IMG/VR virus record: IMGVR_UViG_3300010354_000067 | Location: 10,050-74,049 of that record | Source: a virus | Length of the DNA: 64,000 nucleotides | Reading direction: 5' to 3' (one strand) | In this document: one piece after another, positions 40,329-49,255 of the stretch | Numbering within the stretch: the first letter of the stretch is position 1 | Layout of the letters: each line of letters starts with the position of its first letter | Translations under genes and position numbers: made by a program | The notes under the pieces: generated by a model | The model's database searches: none | What the model saw: the letters and a program-made list of their open reading frames with translations, nothing else | Told to the model about the DNA's origin: nothing

Positions 40329-40709
40329 ATGATTAGTAATAGGGATAATGCCTATCTTAGTGTTGCACGCTATTGTGCAAAGAAGTCTTCCGCAAGAAAG
40401 ATGCATGGCGCTATTGTTGTAAAGGGCGGAAGAGTATTGGGAACTGGATTTAACAGAAATAGGAATAATCCAAATATTGTTTCTCCAGAGCATATCAAGA
40501 CAGAATGCTCGTATCATGCAGAAGAGTCTGCTATTCGTGATGCTGGAAACGATGTTCGTGGAGCAATCATTTATGTAGCAAGAGTAAATAGACATGGAGA
40601 AGATCGTGATAGTAAGCCATGTCCCAAGTGCTTGACTCTAATCAAGGAGTCTGGAATCAAAAGAGTAATCTACACAACAAGTTCAGGGAGAATTGATGTT
40701 CATCACTAG
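40329..40709 (+). CDS. Cytidine/dCMP deaminase-like protein
   Basis: HAE...KPCPKC. Confidence 0.85.
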   Translation: MISNRDNAYLSVARYCAKKSSARKMHGAIVVKGGRVLGTGFNRNRNNPNIVSPEHIKTECSYHAEESAIRDAGNDVRGAIIYVARVNRHGEDRDSKPCPKCLTLIKESGIKRVIYTTSSGRIDVHH

Positions 40710-40914
40710 TTTGTCAGAGATGGAGCAGATTGTTGCTTCACGTTCAGACCTTCATTGGGAAGGCTGGGACGTAGTGCGTTACAAGAAGAACCCAAATGCA
40801 CAGTTTGATGTGACTGGCGTTTTTAGAAATGGTTCTTGGCACAAGCGTTACGTTTTTCCAATCACTGAGGATGGATGGTCCATTCCACATAGCATTGGAA
40901 ATCGTGATGCATAA
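40693..40914 (+). CDS. Hypothetical protein
   Basis: In operon. Confidence 0.5.
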   Translation: MMFITSLSEMEQIVASRSDLHWEGWDVVRYKKNPNAQFDVTGVFRNGSWHKRYVFPITEDGWSIPHSIGNRDA

Positions 40915-41188
40915 ATGGAAAGATAAAGCAAAGTGTCTTGGAATGGACACCAATATATTTTTTGATAAGTATGAAGAGGATCAAAAGATTGCAGCGAGCA
41001 TAGATCTTTTATGTAGAGATTGCCCAGTAAATAGACAGTGTTTTGCCGTAGGTGTCTCCAACAAGGAATGGGGAGTCTGGGGTGGTGTTTATTTAAAAGA
41101 GGGAAACATCGACAAGGAGTTTAATGCTCATAAGACAAAGCAGTCATGGTTTGATACTTGGCAGTCCTTGACGATGGAGAAGAGATGA
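40907..41188 (+). CDS. whiB: WhiB family transcription factor
   Basis: C..FF...CRDCPV..C...GVWGG. Confidence 0.9.
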   Translation: MHKWKDKAKCLGMDTNIFFDKYEEDQKIAASIDLLCRDCPVNRQCFAVGVSNKEWGVWGGVYLKEGNIDKEFNAHKTKQSWFDTWQSLTMEKR

Positions 41189-41448
41189 TTTATACACCCA
41201 AGATGAAGGCTCTGGTTCATTCAGTTCCAGTACCTGCTGATTTTATAATGGACGTTGTAGAGTATGACATGTACCCGCCCTATATTGGCCTTAGATTTTA
41301 TGAAAGCCACTGGAGACACATGTCTGATAGGGAGCGTCTTAAGTGTATCTCCTATCTACAAAAGGTTAAGGCTATTATTGAGTCCCATGGCGTGCCAGTA
41401 ACACTTGATCCAGTGTATGACGTTCCTGGAGGACAAAAGTTAGGATGA
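41185..41448 (+). CDS. Hypothetical protein
   Basis: In operon. Confidence 0.5.
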   Translation: MIYTPKMKALVHSVPVPADFIMDVVEYDMYPPYIGLRFYESHWRHMSDRERLKCISYLQKVKAIIESHGVPVTLDPVYDVPGGQKLG

Positions 41449-42404
41449 GTATCTTTGTTTCTATAGTTTCATATCGTGATACAGAACTCTTGCCAACAAT
41501 TAAAAGTATTTTACAAAATGCTGATGATCCAAGCGATCTTCATTTTGGCGTAGTGTCACAGGATCTAAAGAATAGTCATCCAGATCTTTCTTTTATCAAG
41601 CAACTCTCTTACCTTAAAATGGATTTTCGGGAGGCAAGGGGAGTTGGATATGCTAGAAAGATTGCTATGGAAATGTATGACAATCAATCTTTTTATTTTC
41701 AAATAGACTCTCATATGCGTGCTGCTCAAGGATGGGATACAAAACTAAAAAGCATGTACGATACATGCTCTTCTTTAGAAAAAAATGAAAAGATAATCCT
41801 GAGCCAATTTCCTGCACCATATGAAATTCATACAGACGGATCAATATTCTATCCAAAAAATCATTATGAACTTTGGGACATTCCAAGTTGGTCAAAGGTT
41901 CACAACAGAGATCACGGAGCATGGTCAGCAACAAGACAAATAATTAAAGACCTTTCTGTGCCACATATATCAGAAACAGTTCTGGCTGGATATCTTTTTG
42001 CCCCCAAGCCTTTCGTAAAAGAAATTCCATACGATGAAAGAATATCTTTTATGGGAGAAGAACTTTGTATAGCAATCAGAGCCTATACGAGAGGTTGGAA
42101 GATATATGCTCCAAATGAAATGCTTCTTTGGCATTTCTATAAAAGAAAGTTAAGCCCAAAGATTTGGAATCAAAATGATGATATTAAGAGGCCGCTGAAG
42201 TGGGTAGAAATGGAAATGGAGTCTAAGAAGGTACAGAAAAATATTCTGCTTGGTAATGAGACAGGGTTATATGGAATCGATAACCATGACAAGTATCTTG
42301 AGTACCAAGACTTTATTGGAATTAACTTTGCTGACTTTTATAAGAATGAGATAAACAAAAAGGTGAACAACTCGTTAAGAGTAGAAGAAATAATGTTTCC
42401 GTGA
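41445..42404 (+). CDS. Polypeptide GlcNAc-transferase-like glycosyltransferase (GT60/GlcNAc family)
   Basis: SIFVSIVSYRD, ARGVGYAR, QIDSH, GEE...RAYTRGW. Confidence 0.8.
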   Translation: MSIFVSIVSYRDTELLPTIKSILQNADDPSDLHFGVVSQDLKNSHPDLSFIKQLSYLKMDFREARGVGYARKIAMEMYDNQSFYFQIDSHMRAAQGWDTKLKSMYDTCSSLEKNEKIILSQFPAPYEIHTDGSIFYPKNHYELWDIPSWSKVHNRDHGAWSATRQIIKDLSVPHISETVLAGYLFAPKPFVKEIPYDERISFMGEELCIAIRAYTRGWKIYAPNEMLLWHFYKRKLSPKIWNQNDDIKRPLKWVEMEMESKKVQKNILLGNETGLYGIDNHDKYLEYQDFIGINFADFYKNEINKKVNNSLRVEEIMFP

Positions 42405-42483
42405 CTATAATCATAGTCATTTTGTTTGACCAATGAACAAATTTCTGGTACGATATATGTATCACCCAAAAGGAGGAATTTAC

Positions 42484-42639
42484 ATGAAGGCACTTTCACG
42501 CCTATTTGCGAATCTTTTCACAAGCCCTGCCACAAGCAGCATAGAAAAGATGCACAGAGAATGGGATCGTCAGAGGGCAAAGGCAATGTCCCCAAGCGAA
42601 CTTTCTGAAATTGATGCAATATTTGCCCGTCACATCTAA
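42484..42639 (+). CDS. Small hypothetical protein
   Basis: AGGAGG RBS. Confidence 0.45.
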   Translation: MKALSRLFANLFTSPATSSIEKMHREWDRQRAKAMSPSELSEIDAIFARHI

Positions 42640-42730
42640 TTGACAATCATCCACTCCATACGATATAATTTTGGAGTGGATGAGTCATATGATGAGGACT
42701 ATCTATCATCATACTACGAAGGAGATTTAA

Positions 42731-42910
42731 GTGCTGGATGCCAGAGGAATACCAACTAGAGAGTGTCCCAGTTGTGCATCATGCCTGTTTACTGTTCAGG
42801 TAGTGTTTGATGATCAATACGAGATCGGCATGTACCTTCTTGATGCAGAGTGTGCGATGTGTCATACCAAGGTGACCGCTCCTACACCATTGGATTTGGT
42901 AGAACAATGA
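42731..42910 (+). CDS. Small Zn-ribbon protein (not in ORF track)
   Basis: RGIPTRECPSC...ECAMC...TAPTPLD. Confidence 0.55.
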   Translation: MLDARGIPTRECPSCASCLFTVQVVFDDQYEIGMYLLDAECAMCHTKVTAPTPLDLVEQ

Positions 42911-43143
42911 CAGAGTTCTATGCAAAAATTGTGCCAACAGACAAGGGGATGTTTAGATTTCGTGCAACAATATGGAGATCAGAAAATAATATTGATAGCC
43001 CTTGGATGACTAGAGGATTTTTTACCATCAATGCAGCAAGAAGATGGTCAATTAGAAATATAACAAAACTAGTATTCTTTCATAATAAAATGCTATTTAT
43101 AAAAGAACAGGACATAGTAAGGAGAAAGTGGAATGAGCAATGA
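42907..43143 (+). CDS. Hypothetical protein
   Basis: Overlapping start/stop. Confidence 0.4.
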   Translation: MTEFYAKIVPTDKGMFRFRATIWRSENNIDSPWMTRGFFTINAARRWSIRNITKLVFFHNKMLFIKEQDIVRRKWNEQ

Positions 43144-43303
43144 AGAACTTCTACAGAAAGTTTTAAGCGCAACAATCGAAAGATTTGGAAAGCAGTCAAT
43201 AGCACATGAAGCAGAGATTGCAAACCTTTCCTCTCAGATTTTTATTCTATCTTCTCAGATAGAAGAACTAAAGTCTGATAAGCCAGCAAAAAATAAAGAA
43301 TAG
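43133..43303 (+). CDS. Small coiled-coil protein (not in ORF track)
   Basis: MSNEELLQKVL...HEAEIANLSSQI. Confidence 0.45.
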   Translation: MSNEELLQKVLSATIERFGKQSIAHEAEIANLSSQIFILSSQIEELKSDKPAKNKE

Positions 43304-43318
43304 TGATATAATCACATT

Positions 43319-43606
43319 ATGTATAGATTTATGTTGAATGACATTAGCAAGCGTGATTATAATACTGCTGCTCGCCGTAGAATGGCTGAATCAGGTCAGG
43401 CTATGCCAGACGGATCATTTCCTATTGCCAATCGTGCAGACTTGCAGAATGCCATTCAGTCAGTTGGTCGTGCGAGCAACTATGAGGCTGCTCGTCGTCA
43501 TATCATCTCCCGCGCCCGTGCGTTAGGAGCAGAGGATATGCTTCCAGAGGACTGGAAGAAGTCAGAGAAGTCAATGTTCTCTAATGTCCTATCACCAAGA
43601 TGGTAA
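43319..43606 (+). CDS. Head-morphogenesis-associated small protein
   Basis: AMPDGSFPIAN..DLQNAI..VGRA...HII.RARALG..LPEDW; leaderless extended -10 promoter. Confidence 0.55.
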   Translation: MYRFMLNDISKRDYNTAARRRMAESGQAMPDGSFPIANRADLQNAIQSVGRASNYEAARRHIISRARALGAEDMLPEDWKKSEKSMFSNVLSPRW

Positions 43607-43720
43607 GCATTTTTGAAGATGATAGCGAATATGTTTGCGTATCACATAACATGCTAATTCCATGCCCAATGGGGGACAATCATCTTGTTTCTAATTGGCC
43701 CACTGATGTTGCAAAGGTTC

Positions 43721-43749
43721 TTGACACCATTGCAAATCACAAGTATAAT
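43721..43749 (+). promoter_or_regulatory. sigma70-type promoter
   Basis: TTGACA-17-TATAAT; similar sites at 33203, 39578, 42640, 44454, 44762, 49256. Confidence 0.75.
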
Positions 43750-43778
43750 AACGAGTAACTACTACAGTTAGGCAATCA

Positions 43779-44273
43779 ATGCAAACCTTTGTTCCATTTG
43801 CAGACTTTGCTGAGTCTGCTTCTGTTCTTGACAGTAAGCGACTTAACAAGCAACTGCTTGAAGGTCGTCAAATTTATCAAATTATTTCTACCAATAAAGA
43901 TCGTGGTGCGTGGGTAAATCATCCAGCAGTAAAAATGTGGCGCAACTGTGACGTTGCCCTATTTCAATATCTTGCTGCTGTCAAGAATGAGTGCGTTAAT
44001 CGCGGTATCCAGACTGATAAAAACTGGTCTACTATTCTCTACATGCATCAGAACAATTGGTATCGTGGCGATAATCTTGTTATGCCTGCATGGTGGGGCG
44101 ATGAGCGGGTACACCAGTCTCATCGCAACAATCTATATGTAAAAGATCCAGACTACTATGCACAGTTTTCACACGACAATCGTGTAACTTGTTGTGATAA
44201 GTGTAACTACTTCTGGCCTACCCATACGCTATACTATAACGCAGAATTTGGAGGATATGTAAATGTCGGATAA
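43779..44273 (+). CDS. Pyrimidine-dimer DNA glycosylase-like (MSMEG_6728 family)
   Basis: MQTF.P...LD.KRL.KQ..E; NHPAVKMW; SHRNNL..KDP. Confidence 0.8.
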   Translation: MQTFVPFADFAESASVLDSKRLNKQLLEGRQIYQIISTNKDRGAWVNHPAVKMWRNCDVALFQYLAAVKNECVNRGIQTDKNWSTILYMHQNNWYRGDNLVMPAWWGDERVHQSHRNNLYVKDPDYYAQFSHDNRVTCCDKCNYFWPTHTLYYNAEFGGYVNVG

Positions 44274-44457
44274 GCAACTTACAGAAGAGCAGGAGAGGGC
44301 ACTACGAGATCTTGAAAGTGCTAGTCAAAATCTCAGGCGTGCAGCAGGAGGTAAGGTTGGAGAGTCTGCTGAGAAGGCCTATGGTCAAGCATATACACGA
44401 TGCTATCAACTTGGTCTGAAGCAATATCCGCCTACTGTTTGTAGATCAACACGTTGA
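44263..44457 (+). CDS. Hypothetical protein
   Basis: RBS, overlap with upstream gene. Confidence 0.45.
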   Translation: MSDKQLTEEQERALRDLESASQNLRRAAGGKVGESAEKAYGQAYTRCYQLGLKQYPPTVCRSTR

Positions 44458-44494
44458 CAAATGCCTGCCCCTAGGCTAAAATATAGGGGTACAC

Positions 44495-44565
44495 GCGACT
44501 GTGGTGTAGAGGTAACACAAGTGCCTTCCAAGCATTTATCGCCAGTTCGATTCTGGTCAGTCGCT
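44495..44565 (+). tRNA. tRNA-Gly(UCC)
   Basis: Cloverleaf, loop CTTCCAA. Confidence 0.9.
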
Positions 44566-44601
44566 CGCTTGGGAAGTTGATGTTTTGTCATAATTAAATA
44601 A

Positions 44602-44674
44602 CTCGCTGTAGTTCAGGGGACAGAACGCGAAACTTCTAATTTCGATGCCGCAGGTTCGAATCCTGCCAGCGAGA
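44602..44674 (+). tRNA. tRNA-Arg(UCU)
   Basis: Cloverleaf, loop CTTCTAA. Confidence 0.9.
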
Positions 44675-44678
44675 CTGA

Positions 44679-44761
44679 GCGGGATAGTCCCCAAGGTGGG
44701 GAAGCGGTCTGTAAAACCGTCGCCTTCGGCATGGTTGGTTCGATTCCAACATCCCGCACCA
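44679..44761 (+). tRNA. tRNA-Tyr(GUA)
   Basis: Loop CTGTAAA, long variable arm, encoded CCA. Confidence 0.9.
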
Positions 44762-44826
44762 TTGACAACTACATAGTGATACCGATATAATATACCTATC
44801 GTTAAAAATTAGTGATAGGATAGATT

Positions 44827-45045
44827 ATGGATACCATGACAGAAGAGAAGTCAGACACGCTCAACGCTCATGATCGATGTGATTCATGTGGCAGCCAAGC
44901 ATTTGTTTGGGTTAATGGAGTAGCAGGAGATCTTCTTTTCTGCCGTCATCATTTTCTTAAGCATGAGGACAAGTTGCGAGAGTATGCTTTTGAAATTATT
45001 GATGAGACTTGGAAGATTAATGAGAAGAGTGAATCTTCCGCATAA
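44827..45045 (+). CDS. Small actinobacterial-type Zn-binding protein
   Basis: DRCDSCGSQA...LLFCRHH. Confidence 0.6.
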   Translation: MDTMTEEKSDTLNAHDRCDSCGSQAFVWVNGVAGDLLFCRHHFLKHEDKLREYAFEIIDETWKINEKSESSA

Positions 45046-45115
45046 TAAATTTTAATAGGATAAAATATAGCAAGGCCAGAGAACAATCCCTGCGTAAGTA
45101 AATTGCTCTGGTTAC

Positions 45116-45188
45116 GCCTCAATAACTCAGTTGGTAGAGTGTCATACTTGTAATATGAATGTCGGCGGTTCGATTCCGTCTTGAGGCT
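45116..45188 (+). tRNA. tRNA-Thr(UGU)
   Basis: Cloverleaf, loop CTTGTAA. Confidence 0.9.
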
Positions 45189-45249
45189 CCGCCATAAATG
45201 ATATATGAGTGCCGCACGGCGAGGCTCTGATCAGGCTCATATATCGCTT

Positions 45250-45322
45250 GCCCCCATCGTCTAGAGGCCTAGGATAAAGGATTTTCACTCCTTCGGCACG
45301 GGTTCGAATCCCGTTGGGGGTA
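45250..45322 (+). tRNA. tRNA-Glu(UUC)
   Basis: Cloverleaf, loop TTTTCAC. Confidence 0.9.
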
Positions 45323-45326
45323 CAAA

Positions 45327-45398
45327 GGATCATTAACTCAGTGGTAGAGTGTTTCGTTTACACCGAAAAGGTCGGAGGTTCGAATCCTTCATGATCCA
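45327..45398 (+). tRNA. tRNA-Val(UAC)
   Basis: Cloverleaf, loop TTTACAC. Confidence 0.9.
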
Positions 45399-45399
45399 C

Positions 45400-45470
45400 T
45401 CCCCGTTGGTGTAACGGCAGCACAACTGACTCTGACTCAGTTAGTCGTAGTTCGAATCTATGGCGGGGAG
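45400..45470 (+). tRNA. tRNA-Gln(CUG)
   Basis: Cloverleaf, loop CTCTGAC. Confidence 0.9.
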
Positions 45471-45493
45471 CGCAAGACAATCTAAGGAGAAAA

Positions 45494-45706
45494 ATGTATA
45501 CAAGAATTATCCTAGGCAACGATATTTGGTTTGTTGTTGACGAGGCAGTAGAAGATATCGTTGCAAAGTTTAACGATAATTCTTCTGTCATTACTGCACG
45601 AGTTATTGACGGATATGACGTTTCAGTTATTAAGAGTAAGATTCTGTGTTTCGTTTCTGTTAGCATTACACAGGAACTAAATATTGAAGTGCCTGAAGAA
45701 GAGTAA
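45494..45706 (+). CDS. Hypothetical protein within tRNA array
   Basis: AAGGAG RBS; downstream hairpin at ~45709-45740. Confidence 0.5.
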   Translation: MYTRIILGNDIWFVVDEAVEDIVAKFNDNSSVITARVIDGYDVSVIKSKILCFVSVSITQELNIEVPEEE

Positions 45707-45742
45707 CAATGTTTCCCACATTCTTGTAGTGTGGGAACATAA

Positions 45743-45825
45743 GGCCAAGTGGTGGAACGGCAGACACGCTTGACTCAAAATCAAGTGCCCGAAAGGGCGT
45801 GAGGGTTCGAATCCCTCCTTGGCTA
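45743..45825 (+). tRNA. tRNA-Leu(CAA)
   Basis: Loop CTCAAAA, long variable arm. Confidence 0.9.
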
Positions 45826-46860
45826 CAAAGAATTGATAAGATCAATATACTTTTGTTTTAATTTAGCATGTGAAAAATTATCATATCCTATGGAGAAAGC
45901 ATGTTCTTTCTGCTCATCGATATTTGATTTAGAAAAGTATTTATCTACTACTTCTGCAAGTTGTTCTGGATTAGCATTGTATAAACTAATGCCTATTCTT
46001 GTCATAAATGTTTTGACAAAATTGCTATCTACCAGCCAGTCTTTAGGTAAAACTAAATTGTTTGGAGATATGTCTGTCATAAATACTGGCAGTCCACTCA
46101 TAAGAGCCTCATTCATGGGCAAGCAAAGGCCAGCATAGCGTCTAGGAAGGATCATTGCATCATAGTTGCTATAAAGATCCTCCTTATTCTTTTCATTGTT
46201 TGTTAATATTGAAAGTCTTTCATCTGTGCAAGAGATATCTAGATTACTCTGTGTTTTTATTACAAGTTCGTAATCTTTTTTAGAATACTTAAGCATCTCA
46301 ATTACACTATTCGTTCCATTTCTATCGTAAATAGCGGCTTTTCCAGCAACATGCAAAAGTCTATTTGATCTATTAGAATTTATGTTTTTGTTTTGTTCAA
46401 AAAGTTTTTCGTCGGTGGGTGGGGGCAGATGAGTAACTAAGCATCTATCCTCAAACTTTTCTTTTACTTCATCAAATCTCCAAAGACTTGGTGCAAGCAA
46501 AACATCTGGTAATAATAACTTGCTATCTGAAAGATAGTCTAAGAACTCAAAGTTGTATTGCAGAATTGTCTTTATTCTCTTCTTTTTTGCAAGGGCAACA
46601 AAATGCTTGCTGTAAAAGGTTTCACAACTAATGACAACCTTTAAGCCATCAAAGAACTTTAATAGTGTTTTATTATCTGGAAAACCTTTGCTTACTACTA
46701 TTGGCCTTCCCTCATACCACTCATAGTTTTGAATATTTTTATTATGAAATGTTGATGAGTCAATGATAAGAATTTTTTCTGGATCAAGCATCTTTACAAG
46801 TTCATGTGTCTGGTTTCCCAAACCAGTATTATCTGCCCTTACAACAATTCCAAGTTTCAT
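45823..46860 (-). CDS. GT-B (GT4-like) glycosyltransferase
   Basis: DNTGLG N-terminus; PRRYAGLCLPMNEALMSGLPVFMTD. Confidence 0.85.
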   Translation of the reverse strand: MKLGIVVRADNTGLGNQTHELVKMLDPEKILIIDSSTFHNKNIQNYEWYEGRPIVVSKGFPDNKTLLKFFDGLKVVISCETFYSKHFVALAKKKRIKTILQYNFEFLDYLSDSKLLLPDVLLAPSLWRFDEVKEKFEDRCLVTHLPPPTDEKLFEQNKNINSNRSNRLLHVAGKAAIYDRNGTNSVIEMLKYSKKDYELVIKTQSNLDISCTDERLSILTNNEKNKEDLYSNYDAMILPRRYAGLCLPMNEALMSGLPVFMTDISPNNLVLPKDWLVDSNFVKTFMTRIGISLYNANPEQLAEVVDKYFSKSNIDEQKEHAFSIGYDNFSHAKLKQKYIDLINSL

Positions 46861-47546
46861 TCTAGTCCATATCTATTTTTTAGGGTTTCTATTGAGTTTG
46901 TCTCCCAATATGAAAGCGGTAGTTGTGGATTATTAAATGGGTTTCTATATTCTCCCCACCCATCTCTTGTTCTTTCTCCGCCCCACTTATCTTTAAAGTA
47001 ATCATGTACGGCATTGATATTTACTTGGCAACCATCTGTTGTAGCCCCACCATCTGCCTGACAGATTGCATCTATTGGAATGTTCCCATATTCATCTATT
47101 CCATAGATTCCACATCGATGATCCCAATCACAGTCTTCAAAATATCCTGGATAAAAATTTTCATCAAAATATCCAATAGAATCAACAAGTTTTTTATTAA
47201 TTGCATTGCAATGCCAAGCATGGCTTGTTCTAAACATGAGTCCAGAATAGTCTTTTAGTTTTTGTAAAATGGGATCAAAGCCGTTTGGGAAATACATTGA
47301 ACTTGAAACAACAAATGTCCAGTCGTGCCCTTGCCTTAGACCGATATTCCACGATCTAGGAACGCCGATATTCTCATCTTGATAAGATATTTCTATGCCA
47401 AGGCGCTCAAACTCTTTGCATTCTTTGCTGCCACTATTGTCTATAAGAAGAATGTTTTCATAGTTTTTAATTGAGTAGAGACAATTCCTAGTTCTTTCAC
47501 TCGTCCTATAAACTGGAATGCATATTAGGTAGTCTAGTATCTCCAT
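46857..47546 (-). CDS. GT2-like glycosyltransferase
   Basis: ICIPVY, LIDNS, NIGVPRSWNIG, GYFDENFYPGYFEDCD. Confidence 0.85.
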   Translation of the reverse strand: MEILDYLICIPVYRTSERTRNCLYSIKNYENILLIDNSGSKECKEFERLGIEISYQDENIGVPRSWNIGLRQGHDWTFVVSSSMYFPNGFDPILQKLKDYSGLMFRTSHAWHCNAINKKLVDSIGYFDENFYPGYFEDCDWDHRCGIYGIDEYGNIPIDAICQADGGATTDGCQVNINAVHDYFKDKWGGERTRDGWGEYRNPFNNPQLPLSYWETNSIETLKNRYGLE

Positions 47547-48184
47547 CCCCAAATCATTCCTCCACGTTCCCAACTTCCCATTGTTCTCACATGATGAGTT
47601 TCAGAAAGTTTTTGCACCATTGCTCCAAGCGAATCTCCAGCCCTAATATCAAATTCCATAGTAATGTAATTGCATTTGTTAATGGATTCTCTTGATGCCC
47701 CAAGAATAAGTTCTTTCTCGCTACCCTCAATATCTATTTTTAGAACGTCAACTTCTTCAATAGAAAAATGAGCAAGAAGGTCATCAAAACTAATAATCTT
47801 TATAGTAGAACCAGGCTTGTTGTCCTTAATCGTAGATCCCCCGCCAGAGTTATCGATAACGGCTACTCCATTAAAATTACTTACGCCATAGTCAATGACA
47901 AAAATTTTATCTTGCATTCCATTTAACTCTATGTTCTTTTTTAAAACCTCTAGATTATTTGGCTCTGGCTCAACAGCATATACCTGAGCACCCTTTGATG
48001 CACAGTAAACAGAGAAGCATCCAATGTTTGCTCCAATATCTAGAACAACTCCACCACGATTAAGATATTCATCTTCCATTCGATAAACATCTTCTTCCCA
48101 AATTTCTCGGATAACAACTGGATCTGTGTCCATGTCTTCTCTTACATAAAATTTGCAAGCACCATTTACTTCTTGAATAATCAT
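47534..48184 (-). CDS. FkbM family methyltransferase
   Basis: LDIGANIG, AVEP, LKIDIEGSE. Confidence 0.9.
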   Translation of the reverse strand: MIIQEVNGACKFYVREDMDTDPVVIREIWEEDVYRMEDEYLNRGGVVLDIGANIGCFSVYCASKGAQVYAVEPEPNNLEVLKKNIELNGMQDKIFVIDYGVSNFNGVAVIDNSGGGSTIKDNKPGSTIKIISFDDLLAHFSIEEVDVLKIDIEGSEKELILGASRESINKCNYITMEFDIRAGDSLGAMVQKLSETHHVRTMGSWERGGMIWGWRY

Positions 48185-49125
48185 AATCCTAATTCCTCTA
48201 ATATAAACTGCCACCTATCTTTGTAGGTATAGTTTCCTTTTACCAATTCATGACCAGCAAGTCTTATCTCTTCCCTTTCCTCGTCATGATCTAAGTAATA
48301 ATCTATTAATTCCTTCAACTGCTTAAAGTTCTTGTATTGATAAAAGACCAAATGCTCTTTATCAACAAATTCTTTTTCCATTCCAGAGATATATGGATGA
48401 ATAATAAAACCACCGCGCCCAATAGTTTCATAAACTCTATCTGACCAATAATCAGAATAAGTAAAGTTTGGACAAAGTGTATCCCCAACAACTACCTTGG
48501 TGCTTGCATAAAGTTTATTTAAGTTTTTCCCCCTGACTGTTCCAAGACCATCGTTACCCCAATGCTCAAACTTTTTCCCATATGTCTTTTCAAGCCAGTC
48601 AATAAGTTGAGTACGGTATTTCCACTCTGGATGATATCTTTTGCTTCCAACAAAGATAACTTCATGGCTTAGACTTTTTGCGGGGGTGAAATAAGCCTCT
48701 TTATCATAAACTCCAGCGGGTACATAATGTCCCTTTACCGAAGTTTTTTTATTAAACCATTCTGCCATCTTTGCATCTACTGTAAAAAAATGACCTATTT
48801 CTTTATATACTGGATCAGAAGAAAGATCTCTTTGCCTTTTTAGACCAAACCATAGGTCTAGATGGTATGTCATCGTTGGAATACCATTTAATTTTAATTG
48901 TTTTAGTACAGTAGACATGGTTAGCCTACCCTTAGTCTTCCATCCATGAGTATGGACCCAGACAAAAAGGTCAGCCTTTTTTGCGGCAGCAAGAATTTCC
49001 TCACTCGTAGCCTCAGTTTCTTGTAACTTAGTAACCTTGTGTCCCATGGACTGTAAGGTTTTCACATGATGGCTTTCGGTGGTATAATCTACTCTGAAGT
49101 TTCCAAGAAAAACAATTTTTGCCAT
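48181..49125 (-). CDS. CgeB/YkvP-like glycosyltransferase
   Basis: VIFVGS, SDRVYETIGRGGF, IDYYL.HDEERE.IR.AG..HTY-like end. Confidence 0.8.
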   Translation of the reverse strand: MAKIVFLGNFRVDYTTESHHVKTLQSMGHKVTKLQETEATSEEILAAAKKADLFVWVHTHGWKTKGRLTMSTVLKQLKLNGIPTMTYHLDLWFGLKRQRDLSSDPVYKEIGHFFTVDAKMAEWFNKKTSVKGHYVPAGVYDKEAYFTPAKSLSHEVIFVGSKRYHPEWKYRTQLIDWLEKTYGKKFEHWGNDGLGTVRGKNLNKLYASTKVVVGDTLCPNFTYSDYWSDRVYETIGRGGFIIHPYISGMEKEFVDKEHLVFYQYKNFKQLKELIDYYLDHDEEREEIRLAGHELVKGNYTYKDRWQFILEELGL

Positions 49126-49148
49126 TTTTTTACCAATCTAAGTGCATA

Positions 49149-49158
49149 AATTATATCA
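49149..49158 (-). promoter_or_regulatory. Extended -10 promoter for glycosylation cassette
   Basis: TGATATAATT on - strand, identical to the structural-gene motif. Confidence 0.65.
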
Positions 49159-49180
49159 TGCACATTTTTGAAATAAGTAA

Positions 49181-49255
49181 TGGTGTGTGGCGCAACGGCA
49201 GCGCAATCGGCTGTTAACCGATGGGTTGGAGGTTCGAATCCTCCCACACCAGCCA
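49181..49255 (+). tRNA. tRNA-Asn(GUU)
   Basis: Cloverleaf, loop CTGTTAA, encoded CCA. Confidence 0.9.

Noticed and set aside
45200-45245. Hammerhead ribozyme (CTGATCAG resembles CUGAUGA)
   Set aside because: Core mismatch and no GAAA/stem III arrangement
45142-45666. - strand ORFs 45142-45333 and 45358-45666
   Set aside because: Antisense shadows of tRNA genes
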